This document shows, in pieces, positions 9,687 through 19,269 of a stretch of DNA of 64,000 nt (position 1 is its first letter; every line of letters starts with the position of its first letter). Source of the stretch: Myxococcales bacterium (GTDB lineage: Bacteria; Myxococcota_A; Polyangia; Polyangiales; GCA-016699535); contig JACKDX010000002.1 of the NCBI GenBank assembly GCA_020633325.1, forward strand, positions 150,040 to 214,039. The letters are read 5' to 3'. Both the position numbers and the translations under genes were made by a program. The notes under the pieces were generated by a model. It saw only the letters and a program-made list of their open reading frames with translations. It did no database searches and had not been told where the DNA came from.

Positions 9687-10487
9687 TTATTTCTCGGCAT
9701 CGGTGCGCACGATCGCATTCTTCCGCACCCGGGCGACTTCCGGAACGGCCTGAGCGATGCGCAAGGCGGCATGATTGATGGCAGAAAGATGCCAGGGGAG
9801 GCGCCTTCGCACATCCAGCCACATGACGACACGGACCTGATCCGAGCCGTTTTGCGCATCGTGCAAAAAGGTATCATCAAACATGACGCCTTCCCCATCA
9901 TGCCAATAATACTTATCGCCTTTCTCAATCAGCGTCTTATCACGCAGTTCGTTGTCTAAGCGATTGGAGTTAATGCGTAACCAACAGGAGTTGTCTTGGT
10001 TGTTGTTGGGAATCAAGATGCCGAGATGGTAGCGCAAAAATCCCTTCCAATATCCCCAGTGCGGTGTGATGTATTGCTGAGGGTCGAGTACCGAAAAAAA
10101 CGCGGTATACACGTACGGAATCTCGCGTAAGAGTTGCGCCGTCCGCGGCGCAAGCTTGCAGTTCTCTTTCACGAAAACACCACTCTTAAACATGAACGAC
10201 TTCCATTTGATGCCGTGTATGCCGCCAGTGGTGTACTTGCCGCCAAGCGCTTGGATGTCGGTCAAGCGATCTTTCATATCAAGCAAGCGAAGGCATTCCT
10301 CGCGAATGATGGGGTAGTTGTCCTCGAGCCGCTTAAGCTCCGGGTAATCGGCATGGTAATTTTGGCTAAATGATGGCGCGCGCCGAAAACTGCCCCGCGC
10401 TTCGGCACGCAAAAACATGTCATTGATGGAGTTCTTGAGCGCCTTTTTTTTATCGACTGACGTTGTGATTTCCTGAATAAAATTCAT
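9687..10487 (-). CDS. Aspartyl/asparaginyl beta-hydroxylase domain protein (2OG-Fe(II) dioxygenase, LpxO-like family)
   Basis: AFFSVLDP..ITPHWG..FLRYHLG and W.DGEGVMFDDTFLHDA.N.SD..RVVMWLDV; GAGGT RBS before ATG 10487. Confidence 0.9.
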   Translation of the reverse strand: MNFIQEITTSVDKKKALKNSINDMFLRAEARGSFRRAPSFSQNYHADYPELKRLEDNYPIIREECLRLLDMKDRLTDIQALGGKYTTGGIHGIKWKSFMFKSGVFVKENCKLAPRTAQLLREIPYVYTAFFSVLDPQQYITPHWGYWKGFLRYHLGILIPNNNQDNSCWLRINSNRLDNELRDKTLIEKGDKYYWHDGEGVMFDDTFLHDAQNGSDQVRVVMWLDVRRRLPWHLSAINHAALRIAQAVPEVARVRKNAIVRTDAEK

Positions 10488-10561
10488 GGGATACCTCGAG
10501 AAGCTGGCTCCAGTATACGGCATCCTCCCATGACGATCCAATCGTGGACGGATGAGCAGGG

Positions 10562-10635
10562 TCGGGGTGGAGGGATTTGAACCCCCGACTTCTAGCTCCC
10601 AAAGCTAGCGCACTACCAGGCTGTGCTACACCCCG
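10562..10635 (-). tRNA. tRNA-Pro (anticodon UGG)
   Basis: CGGGGTGTAGCACAGCCTGGTAGTGCGCTAGCTTTGGGAGCTAGAAGTCGGGGGTTCAAATCCCTCCACCCCGA cloverleaf; CCA not encoded. Confidence 0.96.
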
Positions 10636-10745
10636 TGACGGCCGAAAGCGGCAATCCGGCCGACATGTGGCGCGCACCATAACCGAGCGTGCCACCGTCC
10701 TCAAGCTATATGCATGAGACGATTGTTCAAAGAGTGAGGCGCACA

Positions 10746-11357
10746 TCAATGGGCCTGCGCGCCTGGCAGAAATGCTAGCAGTTTACGTAGTGCCTGACCC
10801 CGATGGCTCAGCTGGTCTTTTTCGGCTCGGCTGAGCTCAGCCAAGGTCCTATCGCTGCCCGTGGGAACGAACACCGGATCATAACCAAATCCTTGCTTGC
10901 CCCGGGGTTCGGCGCTGATGTAGCCCAAAAGACAGCCTTCGGTAAAAATCGGTGCCCCGGAATTTTGTTGGGGATCAACCAAACATAGTGCGCAGCGAAA
11001 GCATGCGCCCCGTCGCGCGATGGGCACGTCTTTGAGCAATGCAAGTAGGCTAGGAAGTTTGATGTCAAACCCGGCATGCTCCCCGCCAAAGCGCGCAGAC
11101 TTGATTCCGGGTGCCCCATCGAGCGCATCGACCTCGAGTCCGCTATCGTCCGCCAAAGCGGGTAGGCCAGTGTGCGCGGCAATGGCCTGTGCCTTCAGCA
11201 GCGCATTGCCGTGATAGCTGTCGGCATCTTCAACCATCTTGGGGGCTTTAGGAAAGCCTCGCAGATCGTCCAGCGTGATCGGCACATGTCTTAGAATCCG
11301 TTGAAACTCTGCCAATTTTCCGGGGTTGTGGGTGGCAATCACGATGCGATCCATCAT
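10746..11357 (-). CDS. rdgB: Non-canonical purine NTP pyrophosphatase (RdgB/HAM1)
   Basis: ATHNPGK, NALLKA, ADDSGLEVDALDGAPGIKSARF, GFGYDPVF, SHRGQAL. Confidence 0.97.
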   Translation of the reverse strand: MMDRIVIATHNPGKLAEFQRILRHVPITLDDLRGFPKAPKMVEDADSYHGNALLKAQAIAAHTGLPALADDSGLEVDALDGAPGIKSARFGGEHAGFDIKLPSLLALLKDVPIARRGACFRCALCLVDPQQNSGAPIFTEGCLLGYISAEPRGKQGFGYDPVFVPTGSDRTLAELSRAEKDQLSHRGQALRKLLAFLPGAQAH

Positions 11358-12103
11358 GAGGCCAATAGTCGCGTGAGATTCACATTAGCGTCTTTGAGCG
11401 TCGCCATTTGAACGTCAATGAGCTGCGGAATGCCGAGGAGCGCCACATCGAGCAGCGCGTTAAACTGCGCCCGGGGAATGGGTGCATCTTCTGAGGTACC
11501 TTGCACTTCAACGATGCCCTGCGTGCAGGTGCCGACCACATTGAGATCCACCTCAGCACTGCTGTCCTCGCGATAACATAAATCAAGAAGAACCTCGTCA
11601 TTCACCAAGCCTACACTAATGGCCGCAATGGCCTCCCTGAGGACGCCTGTGCCTACGGTGCCGTCCTTACATAGAGGATCCAAGGCCAGTGCCATCGCAA
11701 TGAACCCGCCAGTCACGCACGCTGTCCGCGTTCCGCCGTCCGCATCGAGGACGTCGCAGTCAACAACGATGGTGCGTTCGCCAAGCTGTTTGGGGACCAC
11801 TGCCGCGCGCAACGCCCTGCCGATCAGACGCTGGATCTCCTGGACACGGCCATCGATTTTTCCTCGCCGGCTGTCGCGCGCTTGCCGCTCCTTATTGGCT
11901 CTCGGGTGCATGGCGTACTCCGCTGTGACCCAACCCAGTCCGCTGCCCCTCAGAAAATCTCGCACGCCGTCCTCGACAGAAACTGCAATGAGGATTTGGG
12001 TTCCTCCTGCCCGGAACAGAAGCGAGCCTTCCGGATAGCGCTGCACATTGAGTGAGATTTCAACCGGTCGCAGTTGGTGGTTCTGCCTGCCATCGATGCG
12101 CAT
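11354..12103 (-). CDS. rph: Ribonuclease PH
   Basis: GWVTAEYAM, EIQRLIGRALRA, DCDVLDADGGTRTA, VDLNVV, EVQGTSE. Confidence 0.98.
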   Translation of the reverse strand: MRIDGRQNHQLRPVEISLNVQRYPEGSLLFRAGGTQILIAVSVEDGVRDFLRGSGLGWVTAEYAMHPRANKERQARDSRRGKIDGRVQEIQRLIGRALRAAVVPKQLGERTIVVDCDVLDADGGTRTACVTGGFIAMALALDPLCKDGTVGTGVLREAIAAISVGLVNDEVLLDLCYREDSSAEVDLNVVGTCTQGIVEVQGTSEDAPIPRAQFNALLDVALLGIPQLIDVQMATLKDANVNLTRLLAS

Positions 12104-13634
12104 GGGATATGTGACTTTCTCGCGTGAGGGGGAAACTCAGAATGAAGGATGTGCCTTGGCCGGTACGGCTTTCGCAGCGGATCTGACCGCCATGCGCTAG
12201 CACGATCTGTTGGGTCAAAGGAAGCCCCAAACCGGTCCCCGCCGGCTTGGTGGTAAAAAACGGACTGAAGATCTTAGAAAGGTCCTCTCGGCTGATACCC
12301 GTTCCCTCATCCCTGATAGTGATGTGTACATGGTCTTCCGCTTGCCGCACGCTCAGCCAGATGCGGCCACCCCGAGGCATGGCTTCTTTACAATTGCGGA
12401 CGAGATTGAGCAGCGCCTGACGAAGCTGCCCCTCATCGATCAAAATCCGCGGCGCTGGGTCGAGATCAATCGATAATGTGAGATTCGCGGCGTCAAGCTC
12501 AGGTTCTAGAAACGCGACAACTGCGCGGACCACCTCACCCACATCTTCCAACTCTAGGCGCGGGTCTGGCAAGCGTTTGAGACTTAAATACTTTTCCGTA
12601 ATCTGTGCGAGGCGATCGATTTCCTTGCGAATTGCCGCCAAAAGCGCATGGGTTTCCGTGGTTTTGTTGATTTGAGAAAGCTCTTCCTCCAAGAGCTCCA
12701 CGTTGAGCCCGATGCTGGAAAGAGGGTTACGCACTTCATGCGTCACTTGGGCTGAGATACGCCCGATGGCTGCGAGCTGCTCGTTTTGAATGAGTTTTTC
12801 GGTCGCCACTTTTAGACTGGCGCTTCTTTTAGCGAGCGTGTCCACCATTTGCTCGAAGTTCGCCGCAAGTCGGCCGAGCTCGTCGTCGCGGCTCGGTTGG
12901 GCATGGCGTTTGAGATCGCCTTGGGTCACGGCTTCCACCCGTTGCTGCAAGCTTGGCAAAGGCGCAAGCAAACGGTTCGACCACATGGTCACCGAAACGC
13001 CCACGGTAAGAGCTAGCAGTGCCAAGATGGCGAGTATAATCACCGATCGTTGCTCCTGAGCATCCGCCTGTTGACTGGCGTGCGCGATATGTTGTTGCAG
13101 GCGCGCCCATACCGCCCGCAACTGACGCTGCCCCATTTGTTCGTTGGCGCGAATTTCGGCTAAAATGGCTTCAGAGCGCTCCTTTTGGCCGCCTCGAATG
13201 GCGTCGAAAAGCGCGGTATACCGGGGGTCGCTCTGAACGTAGAGCGCCTGCACGCTCCTCAGCCCGCGTTTGAGACCCTCGAGCATCATTTGCTCAGTTG
13301 CCGGCGGGTTGAGACGTGAAAGTTGCTCAGCGCCGTCAATTGCCCGAGCGATCTGCCGTGGACGGACCCGAAGGGCGACCCCCAGCCAGTTGCGGCTGGC
13401 CGCCGGATCCGCTTCCTCGAGTAAGCGATCGACAAGGGTGCCTAAAACCGCTTGCGAAGCGCGCACTTCCCCCACCGTGAGCGCCAAGGGTAGATAGCCG
13501 GCGTGCAAAAGACGCAATGTAGAGGCGGTGCGTTGATGTTGGAACAAACTAAACCCCGCCACCAGCGCAAACGTGCCCAGCACGACGATAAAGCCTAGAA
13601 AAATTCGTGAAGGTATGGACAAATAGCTGCGCAT
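12060..13634 (-). CDS. Membrane sensor histidine kinase (2 TM, HAMP, HisKA, HATPase)
   Basis: DELGRLAANFEQM (HAMP), HEVRNPL (H box), QALLNLVRN, DEGTGI, FFTTK, GTGLGL. Confidence 0.95.
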   Translation of the reverse strand: MRSYLSIPSRIFLGFIVVLGTFALVAGFSLFQHQRTASTLRLLHAGYLPLALTVGEVRASQAVLGTLVDRLLEEADPAASRNWLGVALRVRPRQIARAIDGAEQLSRLNPPATEQMMLEGLKRGLRSVQALYVQSDPRYTALFDAIRGGQKERSEAILAEIRANEQMGQRQLRAVWARLQQHIAHASQQADAQEQRSVIILAILALLALTVGVSVTMWSNRLLAPLPSLQQRVEAVTQGDLKRHAQPSRDDELGRLAANFEQMVDTLAKRSASLKVATEKLIQNEQLAAIGRISAQVTHEVRNPLSSIGLNVELLEEELSQINKTTETHALLAAIRKEIDRLAQITEKYLSLKRLPDPRLELEDVGEVVRAVVAFLEPELDAANLTLSIDLDPAPRILIDEGQLRQALLNLVRNCKEAMPRGGRIWLSVRQAEDHVHITIRDEGTGISREDLSKIFSPFFTTKPAGTGLGLPLTQQIVLAHGGQIRCESRTGQGTSFILSFPLTRESHISHAHRWQAEPPTATG

Positions 13635-13665
13635 CCAGCCACTGCTCTATCCTGATTGCTCCTTT

Positions 13666-14370
13666 ATGACAAAGCGCGTTCTCATCATTACGCCCACCTA
13701 TAACGAACAGGATAATCTGCGTTCGTTTGCGCAAAGTCTCAACCGAGCCATGCCGAGCGCCGACATTCTGGTGGTTGATGACAACTCTCCTGATGGCACT
13801 GGCGCTCTTGCAGACGGGCTGGCGGAGGCAGATACGCGGATCCATGTCATGCATCGCGCCGGGAAACTCGGAATAGGAAGTGCCTATCTCGAAGGGTTTG
13901 GATGGGCGCTCGATCGCGATTACGACGTGGTCTGCCAAATGGACACCGACCTGTCCCACAATCCCGTCCACTTGCCCGCGTTTCTGTCCGCCATCGACGC
14001 TGGTGCAGACGTTGTCCTCGGCTCTCGCAATATGAAAGGAGGTCACGTCGAAGGGTGGGGGGTTGGGCGGCACCTGCTCTCGAAAGGCGGCAGCCTCTAC
14101 AGCCGCAGTGTTTTGGGATTGCCGATCCGAGATCTGACCAGCGGGTTCAAAGCATTCCGCCGCCGCGCGCTTGAGGCTCTGCCGCTTGAGGCGATACAAT
14201 CGGAAGGGTATGCGTTTCAGATCGAAATCACGTACCGAGCCATGCAAAACGGCATGACGGTCGTCGAGGTGCCCATCGTGTTTGTCGATCGCCGAGCCGG
14301 AAAGAGCAAAATGTCGCGACGCATTTTCTGGGAAGCCGTGTGCGTCGTCTGGAAGTTGCGTTTTGCCTGA
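13666..14370 (+). CDS. Polyprenol monophosphomannose synthase (GT2)
   Basis: PTYNE, VVDDNSPDGTG, QMDTDLSH, DLTSGFK, GYAFQIE, EVPIVFVDR. Confidence 0.93.
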   Translation: MTKRVLIITPTYNEQDNLRSFAQSLNRAMPSADILVVDDNSPDGTGALADGLAEADTRIHVMHRAGKLGIGSAYLEGFGWALDRDYDVVCQMDTDLSHNPVHLPAFLSAIDAGADVVLGSRNMKGGHVEGWGVGRHLLSKGGSLYSRSVLGLPIRDLTSGFKAFRRRALEALPLEAIQSEGYAFQIEITYRAMQNGMTVVEVPIVFVDRRAGKSKMSRRIFWEAVCVVWKLRFA

Positions 14371-14404
14371 GCGCCCCATGCGTTGCCCCTGTTCGGTGTG
14401 CAAC

Positions 14405-14424
14405 GCTGCTTCTAAAGAAGCAGC
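14405..14424. terminator. Perfect 8-bp hairpin downstream of the GT2 gene
   Basis: GCTGCTTC-TAAA-GAAGCAGC; only a weak U-tract. Confidence 0.35.
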
Positions 14425-14640
14425 ACATTTGAGCGCATGTCATGACGCTATTAAGGAACACCATTGGCGCCACGGTTGAGGACTGTTGGCCCAATCATTA
14501 GCAACTAATTGAGCGGTGGTGAGGTGAGCGATGGGCGGCTGTGTGCTCAGACTGGAGCAACATGCCCACATGCGATCTTCCTGAGTATATAGCGGCGCAT
14601 ACGCGAATATCTCTAGGATGCGGCGCCCATTGGCAGTGAT

Positions 14641-14656
14641 TGGCACGGACGTTGCT
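14641..14656 (+). promoter_or_regulatory. sigma54 (RpoN) promoter
   Basis: TGGCACG-GACG-TTGCT, full match to the TGGCACG-N4-TTGCW consensus. Confidence 0.8.
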
Positions 14657-14669
14657 CGAGCAACGCCAA

Positions 14670-16232
14670 ATGAAGCAGTTAGCTTATGGTTGTGTGCTTA
14701 GAGTAATGCTCGGTGTGCTCACCGGATGCGCGGCAGAGAGTGCGCAGAATCCGATTGACCAGGATAAGGGCGCCGTTAGTCAGGAACTGCTGGATCGCGC
14801 CTGCGACGCGCTAGACGTCGTATATCCTCATGGCATAGACAAGCGCTTTGCCGGAGATGTGCTTCATCCAGCATTCTTCATCGGGGCCAATGCCGGCGTC
14901 TCGGGAAGCCTGGGGTATTATCATCAGACCGGGTTTGCTGGCATGGACGTGGTGTTCGATCTGTCCCGTCAGGAGATGATGGTGGCGGATTACGCCGGCT
15001 CCGGCTCGGGAACGGGAGACCTCCTCGGTTTTGGCGTTTCCGCGAGCGCATATGCGGGTATGGGCTTTGGTCTCGATCATGGCGTGCAAGATTGGTTGGG
15101 TTGGTTTGTAGGTCGCAGCACCTCATTTAATCCCATTCCCGTCCTCAGTCAGTTCGTTGACTTCGAATATGGCAGCTTTGGTTACGCGGCGGATCTAAAC
15201 GACGACGGCATCATCGCACGTTCGGGCTCGGCAGAAGAAGTCATCGAGCCACCAAGTGGCGTTTACGGACGCTCGATCGGCGCCAAAATAGGAATCGACA
15301 TCTTATCGCTTTTGAGCGGAGCGGTGAACACGGTGCTAACCGCGGGATTGGCCAGCCCTCCCGTTCAGGTCACCAACACCTCTGCGTACTGGCGCTCCTT
15401 CAACTTCGGCACCGCGATTCTGTATGCGACTTTGCTGCGCGCTGGCTTTGAGGTGTCCTTCGTGGACGAAGACGGTAGCGCCTGCGACTGCTTTGTGGCA
15501 AATCGTTCGTTTCCCGAGCGGTTCTTCGACGGGCCCTGTGCACGGTTGCCGTGGCTGGGCCGAGATGAAACCGAAGAAGAGCGCGTTTGCCGGGTGCGTT
15601 TTGACAACGATCGAGACGGCAAAGCGATGTCATCAGCGATGAGCTGCATCGGCGAAGATGCACTCCTCAGCGGAGGATGTATTATGCAGTCCGATCGCTC
15701 AGCGCTTTACAATGCGATGGCCCGCATGCGACTCGTCAACCGCGGAATCGGTGGCGCTGCGGCAGCTGGCATGATCGATCTAGGGTCTATTCTCTCACAA
15801 GTCACAGCTGATCTGAGGAATTCAGGGTTCAGCAGTGCGCTCGAGGCGTGCCCCGATCTATTTGTAGAAAAGGAGGCATGTGAAGATGGGATAGATAACG
15901 ATGGCAACAATCTTGTCGACTGTGCCGATCCAGCGTGTGCCTCAGATGGATTTTGTAGCTGCACCGTCGATCCAGCACAGCCGTATTTGCGCCTCAATCG
16001 CGACTATTGTGCACGGGATTGCGAGAAGTGGGATAGCACCCAAGCTGGCATCGCGGCGTGTCCCGACAACTATGCCTGCCAAGATGAGGGGTGGTGTCGA
16101 TCTGCTCAGAGTTGCACCGCCAATAGCGACTGCCCGACGGTGAGTGTCGATGCCGAACTATACCCCGTGGTGTGCGTCGAAGGGCAATGCGTGAGCGGGA
16201 TCATTCACCAACCCTATAACGCAGTGCACTGA
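14670..16232 (+). CDS. Hypothetical lipoprotein with Gly-rich N-domain and Cys-rich C-terminus
   Basis: Lipobox LTGC; CEDGIDNDGNNLVDCADPAC myxobacterial Cys-rich motif; start moved to MKQLAY because the annotated 14640 start overlaps the promoter. Confidence 0.8.
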   Translation: MKQLAYGCVLRVMLGVLTGCAAESAQNPIDQDKGAVSQELLDRACDALDVVYPHGIDKRFAGDVLHPAFFIGANAGVSGSLGYYHQTGFAGMDVVFDLSRQEMMVADYAGSGSGTGDLLGFGVSASAYAGMGFGLDHGVQDWLGWFVGRSTSFNPIPVLSQFVDFEYGSFGYAADLNDDGIIARSGSAEEVIEPPSGVYGRSIGAKIGIDILSLLSGAVNTVLTAGLASPPVQVTNTSAYWRSFNFGTAILYATLLRAGFEVSFVDEDGSACDCFVANRSFPERFFDGPCARLPWLGRDETEEERVCRVRFDNDRDGKAMSSAMSCIGEDALLSGGCIMQSDRSALYNAMARMRLVNRGIGGAAAAGMIDLGSILSQVTADLRNSGFSSALEACPDLFVEKEACEDGIDNDGNNLVDCADPACASDGFCSCTVDPAQPYLRLNRDYCARDCEKWDSTQAGIAACPDNYACQDEGWCRSAQSCTANSDCPTVSVDAELYPVVCVEGQCVSGIIHQPYNAVH

Positions 16233-16245
16233 GTGAGGCGTTTCG

Positions 16246-17580
16246 TTACGGTGGGGCTATCAAAAGACCACGCAAAGAAGTATTCGCGAGCCAGTCCTGT
16301 ATCTCCCCGGAGGTGTCGTCATAGTAATCGAGAGGCTCCTGGCCCGCGGCATAGAACATGTCGAGAAAGCCGCGTTGAGGGTCCGACATGAGCTGCACCC
16401 AGATGGCGTTTTCAACCCCCGGCTCGAGCGGAAAGATTGTCAGAAAGTCGCTCTGGTCACTTTCGTCAGTCAGTTCGTCCTCTTCATCCGAATTGTCTAA
16501 GTATTCTTCGTCGTGATCGAAGAGATCTTCGCCAAACGCGGAATAGGCTGAACTACTCCACGCTTGTGCGCCAAATCCAACGGAATCGTTGGGACTAAGG
16601 TTAAATACCAGTAAGTCAATCGAAGCCAACGTTCCGGGCCATATGGACGAAGTAGGAAGGGTGAGAATCGAAGGACGCATATGATAAACATAACGGTCCT
16701 CTCCCTGGACGTACTCCGCACATACGTATATCGGGACTGCAAAATACGGCTCCCCATCGTTACCATCTTCATCGCGTTCGACGTTGACAAGTAAGGGGGC
16801 GCTCTGTGGAAGCCCATCCAAAATGTCATAGCAGGATTCGCCGGCCCTACGTTTGGTTTCGCGATCGGACAAGCGCAAATTCCACGCGACGCCAAAGTCT
16901 GAAGCAAGCTGGCGAACAAACGGTGACTCCTCTGTGCCCAGGTACAATGTGGAAATGTCGTCATATGCAGAATAGATCCACGGCGTTAGGTGACTGATGC
17001 AGCGCCGCGACACCCACCATGTGGGGTGAAGATCCCGCCAATCATTTTCCAAAACAATATTTACAAAGGGCTGTTCGTGATCTGTGAAAAGGAATACGCG
17101 CTCGCCGTGAGAGATGCGCTGACTGGATATCAAACGTTGACTGCTTTGCCGATCGAGAGAAAACAGAGGGCAGTCACCTGTAGCTACTGACACGAAATCT
17201 GGAGATATTGGCTCATCAATGACAATCGAGCTCGCTTCGGATACCAAGATGTACGCTGGTTCCGGAGCGAGTTCGACTTGAATGCGCATCACGAGGTCGC
17301 CTTTCCAGAAGACGGCCTCGACCCCAAAGGCGCGAAACTCCTTCCCGGCAGTCAGCTTGAGGCTGCGCTCAGTAGGCGCTAGCACACCCCGAAGGTGGTT
17401 GAGGGTATACACAGGCAAGCTGCTGCTTTGGGACGGCGTGACCCTTACAGGAATCAGGGCGGGCGCATGTTGAGGCGACTGGTCCTGTCGAACGCCATTC
17501 CCATTTAACTTACACCCAAAAAGGGGCAGGCCAAACGTGCAAATCAACAGTAATAACAGTAGGTTAAGCAAGGATCGCAC
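16246..17580 (-). CDS. Hypothetical lipoprotein, acidic C-terminal domain
   Basis: Hydrophobic signal with LFGC lipobox; 444-aa uninterrupted ORF; acidic tract DHDEEYLDNSDEEDELTDESD. Confidence 0.75.
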   Translation of the reverse strand: MRSLLNLLLLLLICTFGLPLFGCKLNGNGVRQDQSPQHAPALIPVRVTPSQSSSLPVYTLNHLRGVLAPTERSLKLTAGKEFRAFGVEAVFWKGDLVMRIQVELAPEPAYILVSEASSIVIDEPISPDFVSVATGDCPLFSLDRQSSQRLISSQRISHGERVFLFTDHEQPFVNIVLENDWRDLHPTWWVSRRCISHLTPWIYSAYDDISTLYLGTEESPFVRQLASDFGVAWNLRLSDRETKRRAGESCYDILDGLPQSAPLLVNVERDEDGNDGEPYFAVPIYVCAEYVQGEDRYVYHMRPSILTLPTSSIWPGTLASIDLLVFNLSPNDSVGFGAQAWSSSAYSAFGEDLFDHDEEYLDNSDEEDELTDESDQSDFLTIFPLEPGVENAIWVQLMSDPQRGFLDMFYAAGQEPLDYYDDTSGEIQDWLANTSLRGLLIAPP

Positions 17581-17797
17581 GTTGCACTATGTCATATGCT
17601 CGGAGGCGCGCAAGGCGGTTTGCGAAGGAATCTTCGATTCGTCCCGACGCGGCTACTGTTTGCATTTGCATACCAACGATGCGTTTCACCCGTGGACCGT
17701 CGATCGACCAGTTGCAAGTGTCCGGTCCGTACCGCTACCGTGTTTGCGCCGATGGGCCCGGGACTCTAAGGTGAGGCATTCTTTCTAAGCGGTACCC

Positions 17798-18733
17798 ATG
17801 AGATACAAACCACAAATAGCTCGGGCGCGCATCATCGCCCACGGACCCAAGGCATCGAACGACGTCCAGCTTAGAGCGGCTGTGGAACACGCACGTGAAC
17901 AAGGCTTTGAACTTGATGTGCGCACGACCTGGGAAGAAGGCGATGAGCACGCCTTGGTCGCCGAGGCCTCCGGCTTGGGCATCTCGCAGCTCATCGCTGC
18001 CGGGGGCGACGGGACGTTGCATCACGTGTCAGCAGGCATCATGGCATTGCCCGACGGAACCCCGAAGCCAAGCCTCGGTGTGCTTCGCATGGGTACCGCC
18101 AACGATTTTGCGAAAAGCGCGGGCATAGTATTGGATATAAAGGACGAGCTCATGGCAGCCCTCACCTCTTCGGCGGTCATGGTGGACGTGCCGCTCCTCA
18201 ATGGCAGGCCATGGATCAATATGGCGACGGGGGGATTCGGGGCGCAGGTGACGACTGAGACACCCGATAATCTTAAGAGCGCGCTGGGCAAAGCGGCGTA
18301 CGTGCTCACGGGGCTGTTTAAGGCGTTCAACCTGGAAACCCAACATGTTCGTATCACCGGTCCAGATATGGACTGGAAGGGCGAAGTCTATGCTTTAGTC
18401 GTCGGCAACGGCCGGCAGGCCGGCGGCGGTATCGAGTTATGTCCCGAGGCGTATATTAATGATGGCCTGCTCGATATCGTGGTGCTGCCGAGTGACGGCA
18501 CGACCACATGGTCAGAGTTGCTTGAGAGCTACGTCGCCTCCGGATGGGCAGGGCTTTCCGCGCATACGCTGAGCCGTAGACTGCCACATGTCACGCTGAG
18601 CACTGACGCAGCACTGGCGTTCAATCTCGATGGTGAACCCATAGAAGCAAGCACCTTCGAATTCACTGTGCAGCCTCAAGCACTTGCCATGCATTTGCCC
18701 AAAGACTGTCCCCTATTAACTCAGCAAACCTAA
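17798..18733 (+). CDS. yegS: YegS/BmrU family lipid (diacylglycerol) kinase
   Basis: AAGGDGTLH, GTANDFA, NMATGGFG, VGNGRQAGGG, INDGLLD, NLDGEP. Confidence 0.93.
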   Translation: MRYKPQIARARIIAHGPKASNDVQLRAAVEHAREQGFELDVRTTWEEGDEHALVAEASGLGISQLIAAGGDGTLHHVSAGIMALPDGTPKPSLGVLRMGTANDFAKSAGIVLDIKDELMAALTSSAVMVDVPLLNGRPWINMATGGFGAQVTTETPDNLKSALGKAAYVLTGLFKAFNLETQHVRITGPDMDWKGEVYALVVGNGRQAGGGIELCPEAYINDGLLDIVVLPSDGTTTWSELLESYVASGWAGLSAHTLSRRLPHVTLSTDAALAFNLDGEPIEASTFEFTVQPQALAMHLPKDCPLLTQQT

Positions 18734-18804
18734 TCCGCCACCCCCAATCTCTAGACAGACCCCGCGCAGCTCGAACTACCTGCCGGCCTCTGGTGGTATT
18801 GTCG

Positions 18805-19269
18805 TTAATTAGCGAGATTATACTTACTGACGATCGTAAACTTCGCAATGAGACGTTCGAGAAACGTCGGATCGTCGAAGCTGGCGCCGGGTCTGGGAAC
18901 GATTCTTACATGCGCGGCGTTGTTCACGGTCGGCGCTGGCAAAACCTCAAATCCTGCATCCCGTATGTCGCCAACAAATGCTCCATAAATGACATCCGCT
19001 GGCTCAGCGGTGCGCGCGGGCCCGAAGAACTTACGCAGCAACTCATCAAGACTGAATGAATTGAGAATGGACGCAGATTTACCCGGTGTCGTCACTTCTC
19101 CTATCGGGAGATGATCTTGAGGGCGCAGCTGGAGTTTCAGAGTGGGACGGCCTGCCATGCCGACGATGGTGTCGTCTGGCAAGGTAGCCAAAGAAGTAAC
19201 GCCGGGGACAATGGTGGCCAGGGGGATCGCGACGCCGATCTCGGAGGATATCGAAGGCACGGTACGCAC
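18805..19269 (-). CDS. Small protein or gene fragment resembling an ADP-ribosyltransferase-fold (Tse2-like) toxin tip
   Basis: L.LRP.D...GKS and VGDIRDAGFEVLPAPTVNNAAHVRI; frame stays open upstream to 19428 with no good start or RBS. Confidence 0.5.
   Translation of the reverse strand: MRTVPSISSEIGVAIPLATIVPGVTSLATLPDDTIVGMAGRPTLKLQLRPQDHLPIGEVTTPGKSASILNSFSLDELLRKFFGPARTAEPADVIYGAFVGDIRDAGFEVLPAPTVNNAAHVRIVPRPGASFDDPTFLERLIAKFTIVSKYNLAN

Noticed and set aside
9540-10700. Possible tRNA-targeted integrative element
   Set aside because: No duplicated tRNA 3' end and no integrase nearby
13549-14403. 284-aa minus-strand ORF
   Set aside because: Antisense shadow of the GT2 gene
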